64,000 bases of DNA from Octopus sinensis (lineage: Eukaryota), in NCBI RefSeq assembly GCF_006345805.1, contig NC_043016.1, positions 19,964,001 to 20,028,000 of the forward strand. The letters are read 5' to 3'. The stretch's first letter is position 1. Each line of letters begins with the position of its first letter. Under the pieces are notes generated by a model. The model searched no databases. It was not told the DNA's origin and saw only the letters and a list, made by a program, of their open reading frames with translations. Positions 60,598 to 64,000 of the stretch are shown here, in pieces. The position numbers and the translations under genes are program-made.

Positions 60598-63500
60598 TGA
60601 AGAGAATCAAACTGAATGTAAAAACGTATCTTATCTACAAAAAAAGTTTAGAAAACTATGTCATGCTGACCTATTTCCTAGAATTACTATTTCCAGCCTC
60701 AACAAGTTTTTGTCATAGTTTTTTGTCTCTCTAATGATAAAGAACACTGCATAGCAATGTGTTGCCCGTATAAAGAGTATAAAATGTAGCCTTACACTAT
60801 AATATAACGATTACAAAATCACAGTGCAATCAGTGTCAAATTTATTTATTCCCAAATTATTGGTCATTTATTTAGGAGCAATTTTTTTCCTCAAAAAAAT
60901 GTTTGAGAACCATGGGGCTTTTATCCAGGGGAGGGACTTTTGTCCTAGGGGGCTTTTGTCCTCCACTTGGGATCCAGACAAAAGCCCCCATGGACAAAAG
61001 CCCTGTAGTTAAAGTGTGAAAGTGGACAAAAGCCCCATGGTTATATTTTTCCTTTTTTTCTTTCTACTTGTTGCAATCATTAGATTGTGGTCATGCTGGG
61101 GCACCACCTTGGGGAATTTTTAGTCATATATATGGACACCAGAATTTATTTTAATGATTTTCAACCAGTGCTTAAAGTTAAGCCTAGGAGGTCTCTCAGC
61201 CAAAACACTTGAAAATATTTTATAATCCCTTCGGTTATATTTTTTGGTTATTCTTAGATTTTTTTAAACTTTCAAAACATCATTTTACTAGTTTCAGTCA
61301 TTGGAATGAGGCCATGCTGGGGCACTGCCTTGAGGAAATTTTTTAGTAGCATGTAAAAAGAACCATCCGAATGTGGCCGTTGCCAGCACCGCCTCGACTG
61401 GCCTCCATACCGGTGGCACGTAAGAAGCACCAACCGATTGTGGCCGCTGCCAGCCTCGCCTGGCACTTGTGACGGTGGCACGTAAAAAGCACCCACTACA
61501 CTCACAGAGTGGTTGGTGTTAGGAAGGGCATCCAGCTGTAGAAACATTGCCAGATCAGACTGGTGCCTGGCGCAGCCTCCTGGCTCCCCAGACCCCGGTC
61601 GAACTGTTCGTCCCATGCCAGCATGGAAAACGGACGTTAAACGATGATGTTGATGATGATGATGATGATGAGAAGTCCTACAGCTCCTCTCTTCAGCAAG
61701 AAACCTGTTTGCTCTGGCTCTTTCATCTTAATTTGAATGTACGTGAAGGTATTTAGAATGCCCAAACCTATTTCTGCAAATGTGCTAGGAAATGATGCTG
61801 ATCATAGTTTAATCAATAAGCACAGGAGTGCGGTAAATGCAGTAAAAATAGTGGGGATAAGTGGGGCCCCATTTAAGTGGCCCTTCAGAAATTGAACCTC
61901 CTTATGATACTCTCTGAGAGTTTACAGTATGAAATTAGGGCAGCGACTGGCAGATTTGTTAGCACGTCATGCGAAATGCTTAGCGGTATTTCGTCTGCCA
62001 CTACGTTCTGAGTTCAAATTCCGCCGAGGTCGACTTTGCCTTTCATCCTTTCAGGATCGATAAATTAAGGACCAGTTACGCACTGGGGTCGATATAATCG
62101 ACTTAATCCGGTTGTCTGTCCTTGTTTGTCCTCTCTGTGTTTAGCCCCTTGTGGGTAGTAAAGAAATGGGTATGAAATTCATTGTCACTGCTCTGATTTG
62201 GTGCCCTTCCTAATGCCAACCACTTTGCAAAGTGTACTGGGTGCTTTTTACACTCACCAGCACAAGTGCATCTATGCAGCACCAGCATGAGTGCATTTTA
62301 CGTGGCATTGGGACCTGTAAAGGGCACGCCTGTATGTATAGATGATCACAATTCTATTTAGCTTGATGTGTCTTCTCAAGCACAGCAAATCACTACAACT
62401 CTCAGTCCCTTGTCATTTCCTCAGTCAGGTCCAGTGTCTGAAAAAAGGGTGGCACTTTTGGGTCAGCTGTAGGCAATATGTGTTTTTTTGTGGGTGTGGA
62501 TGTGACAAACAGAAGGGCTGCCCCAGGTAGCACACTCTCTAGCTATACTAGTGCCCATGCCTTCCTGGGTCTACCCCTTCCACAGATTCCCTCCTCAATT
62601 AGAGCTCAGTACTTCTTTACACAGCTATCCTCATCTATACACATTGCATGGCAAATGCAGGACAGTCCTCTCCCTTACACACAGATATCATCATCATCAT
62701 CATCGTTTAACGTCTGTTTTCCATGCTAGCATGGGTTGGACGGTTCAACTAGGGTCTGGGGAGCCCGAAGGCTGCACCAGGCCAGTCAGATCTGGCAGTG
62801 TTTCTACAGCTGGATGCCCTTCCTAACGCCAACCACTCCGTGAGTGTAGTGGGTGCTTTTTATGTGCCACCGACACAGGTGCTAGACGAGGCTAGCGAAC
62901 GGCCACGCTCGGATGGTGTTTATTATGTGCCATCGACACAGGTGCCAGACAAGGCTGGCGAACGGCCACGCTCGGATGGTGTTTTTTACGTGCCACCGAC
63001 ACAGGTGCCAGATGAGGCTGGCGAACGGCCACGCTCGGATGGTGTTTTTTATGTGCCACCAACACAGGTGCCACCGACACAGGTGCCAGACGAGGCTGGC
63101 GAACGGCCACGCTCGGATGGTGTTTTTTTATGTGCCACCGACACAGGTACCAGACAAGGCTGGCGAACGGCCACACTCGGATGGTGTTCCATTGAATTCA
63201 TCGATTTTGATTTGATTTGATCTGTTTTGAATTAATCATGCATTATCTTGTCGCTATGAGATTTTGATGAGGTAGTTGTTAATTTTTAAAACGATATTGT
63301 ACGGTTGGTGTGAGAGGCCAGATCTGGCCACTTTGACCATAAAACAGGGAGAATGCTTTTGGCCGGATATGGCCAGTTTAAATGCTAAAGGGTTAAAGAT
63401 ATTTCTTTTTCTCCACCTTCCCCCACTCCTCCTTGCTTTCCTTCCTGCTCATCCAAGTCACCCTCCCCATCATTATCTTTCCTTTTTTTTCCGTCTGTCT

Positions 63501-63618
63501 TATATCTTCTTCGTCTGTCCAATTTATTACAGGAAAATGATTCCAAGAGAATTCGAGCAATGAAAAAAGCCAATGACCAACGTGAACTGAAGAGAAGCAA
63601 AATGAGAGAGATAGCAAA
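45574..63618 (+). CDS. CFAP73: CCDC42/CFAP73-family ciliary coiled-coil protein (DUF4200 type), 5' part; gene continues beyond window
   Basis: Exons 45574-45626, 51102-51207, 56212-56316, 63533-63618 splice GT-AG in frame to MMSLEEYFKTTFENKLLFKMLKGDDDHLTPATRLLEKRRELAEIEQVLSVQKEEFQTKMERLQQRRGELERKELQLKESLEKFDKFLKENDSKRIRAMKKAND. TPATRLLEKRR and KFDKFLKEND are family hallmarks. I cannot resolve CCDC42 versus CFAP73 naming. Confidence 0.9.
46425..46870 (-). mobile_element. GC-rich RTE-clade LINE 3' end with (CAAGTA)-type tail
   Basis: LQWRLRWFGHACRRP…LLPTPLPNW…QLKTWVMTIKEDL…; minus-strand tail CCACAAGTACAAGTAAGTAC. Confidence 0.78.
49425..49880 (+). mobile_element. RTE 3' UTR (family B) with multiple internal repeat units
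   Basis: Family B sense, (GAT)n tail. Confidence 0.8.
51102..51207 (+). CDS. CFAP73: CCDC42/CFAP73 exon 2
   Basis: Acceptor CTTTTCATAG, donor GTAATG; encodes HLTPATRLLEKRRE. Confidence 0.92.
52780..53088 (+). mobile_element. RTE 3' end (family B)
   Basis: Family B sense. Confidence 0.8.
53555..53785 (-). mobile_element. SINE family C with flanking direct repeat AACAAGATTCAATACC
   Basis: AACAAGATTCAATACC at about 53538-53553 and 53788-53803 is a probable 16-bp TSD. Confidence 0.82.
53885..54358 (+). mobile_element. RTE 3' UTR (family B)
   Basis: Family B sense with repeat units. Confidence 0.8.
55745..56042 (+). mobile_element. OR-type SINE, tail type c
   Basis: Head GGCCTAGTGGTTAGAGCAGCTGACTCGCGGTC…GGTTCGAATC; core shared with 40125; different 3' half. 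Confidence 0.75.
56212..56316 (+). CDS. CFAP73: CCDC42/CFAP73 exon 3
   Basis: Acceptor CTTTCAG, donor GTAATG; 105 nt, phase 0-0; ends KFDKFLK. Confidence 0.92.
56478..56850 (+). mobile_element. OR-type SINE, tail type d, embedded in a (CAA/CAC)n microsatellite (56385-56925)
   Basis: Same head and core, distinct tail ending CGTTCGCT(CAA)n. Confidence 0.75.
57401..57504 (+). ncRNA. Type I hammerhead ribozyme motif (Penelope-type), canonical core, degenerate helix II
   Basis: TATATC-CTTC-CTGATGA-[58 nt]-GAAA-C-ATAT-G-TA-GAAG-ACTTCGA-GATATA. Helix I is CTTC/GAAG plus TATATC/GATATA; helix III has a palindromic ATAT loop; GUA triplet. Confidence 0.6.
57568..58350 (-). mobile_element. RTE 3' end including ORF terminus and long UTR
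   Basis: Reverse complement homologous to 29000-29712. Confidence 0.8.
61345..61670 (+). mobile_element. RTE 3' end (family B)
   Basis: Family B sense. Confidence 0.8.
61936..62170 (+). mobile_element. SINE family C
   Basis: Near-consensus copy. Confidence 0.82.
62690..63190 (-). mobile_element. RTE 3' end with five-unit 63-bp tandem expansion (62864-63190)
   Basis: Units start at 62864, 62927, 62990, 63053 and 63132, with a 15-bp internal duplication at 63068. Confidence 0.88.
63533..63618 (+). CDS. CFAP73: CCDC42/CFAP73 exon 4
   Basis: Acceptor TTATTACAG, donor GTAAGC; ENDSKRIRAMKKAND. Confidence 0.9.
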
Positions 63619-64000
63619 GTAAGCATACTAATGCAAGGGCTGCTGGCGGGCCTTTTGGGTGAATTTAGCAGACAGAAACTGAAAGTGGCCCATTGTATGT
63701 GTGTGCGCACGCATGAGTGTTTCTGTGAGTATGTTATTGAGTAGCCATGTAGATCCCTCTGCAGGAATCTGCCCTACCCTGTCTCTTTCATAGTAACGCC
63801 GTCATCTAGCATGAAGCTGATTCACCATCTACCACAGGGCTTGTGGTCATGTGAATTCCATGGTGTACTCAGTAGTGTGGATTCGGTAGACAGAAACTGA
63901 AAGAAGTCCATTGTGTGTATAAGTAAGTAAGTAAGTATGTATGTATGTTTATGTCAGGTCACTTTCATGTGCTACTGGTAACATGTAACCCAGTACAACC

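Noticed and set aside
62864-63190. CRISPR-like look of regularly spaced repeats
   Set aside because: Units are contiguous and near-identical with no unique spacers, there are no cas genes, and it lies inside a eukaryotic LINE UTR.

Overview
Eukaryotic, AT-rich, repeat-dense genomic DNA. The SINE/LINE complement suggests a coleoid cephalopod, most likely Octopus (inference, not a database result). I reconstructed two spliced + strand genes by hand; the ORF track largely misses them. (1) A complete 8-exon PEX12 (CDS 10889-39379, 1050 nt, 349 aa, all introns GT-AG, frame continuous). (2) The first 4 coding exons of a CCDC42/CFAP73-family ciliary coiled-coil gene (45574 to beyond the window end), with an RFX X-box just upstream. 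The rest is transposon debris: three tRNA-derived SINE groups, about 20 copies of an RTE LINE 3' end, an R4/Dong-type RLE LINE, Tx1/L1, Penelope and probable Gypsy remnants, mariner/hAT/piggyBac-like MITEs, a non-autonomous Helitron, a 5S rRNA copy and microsatellites. Most notable: two minimal type I hammerhead ribozyme motifs of the Penelope type (4135-4190 on the minus strand with a U4C core variant; 57401-57504 sense inside a CFAP73 intron), a terminator-less 5S copy directly upstream of a SINE, inverted repeats bracketing PEX12 exons, and a double fold-back at 43.7-44.3 kb. No prokaryote-type system (CRISPR etc.) is supported. Family assignments come from motif recognition, not searches.
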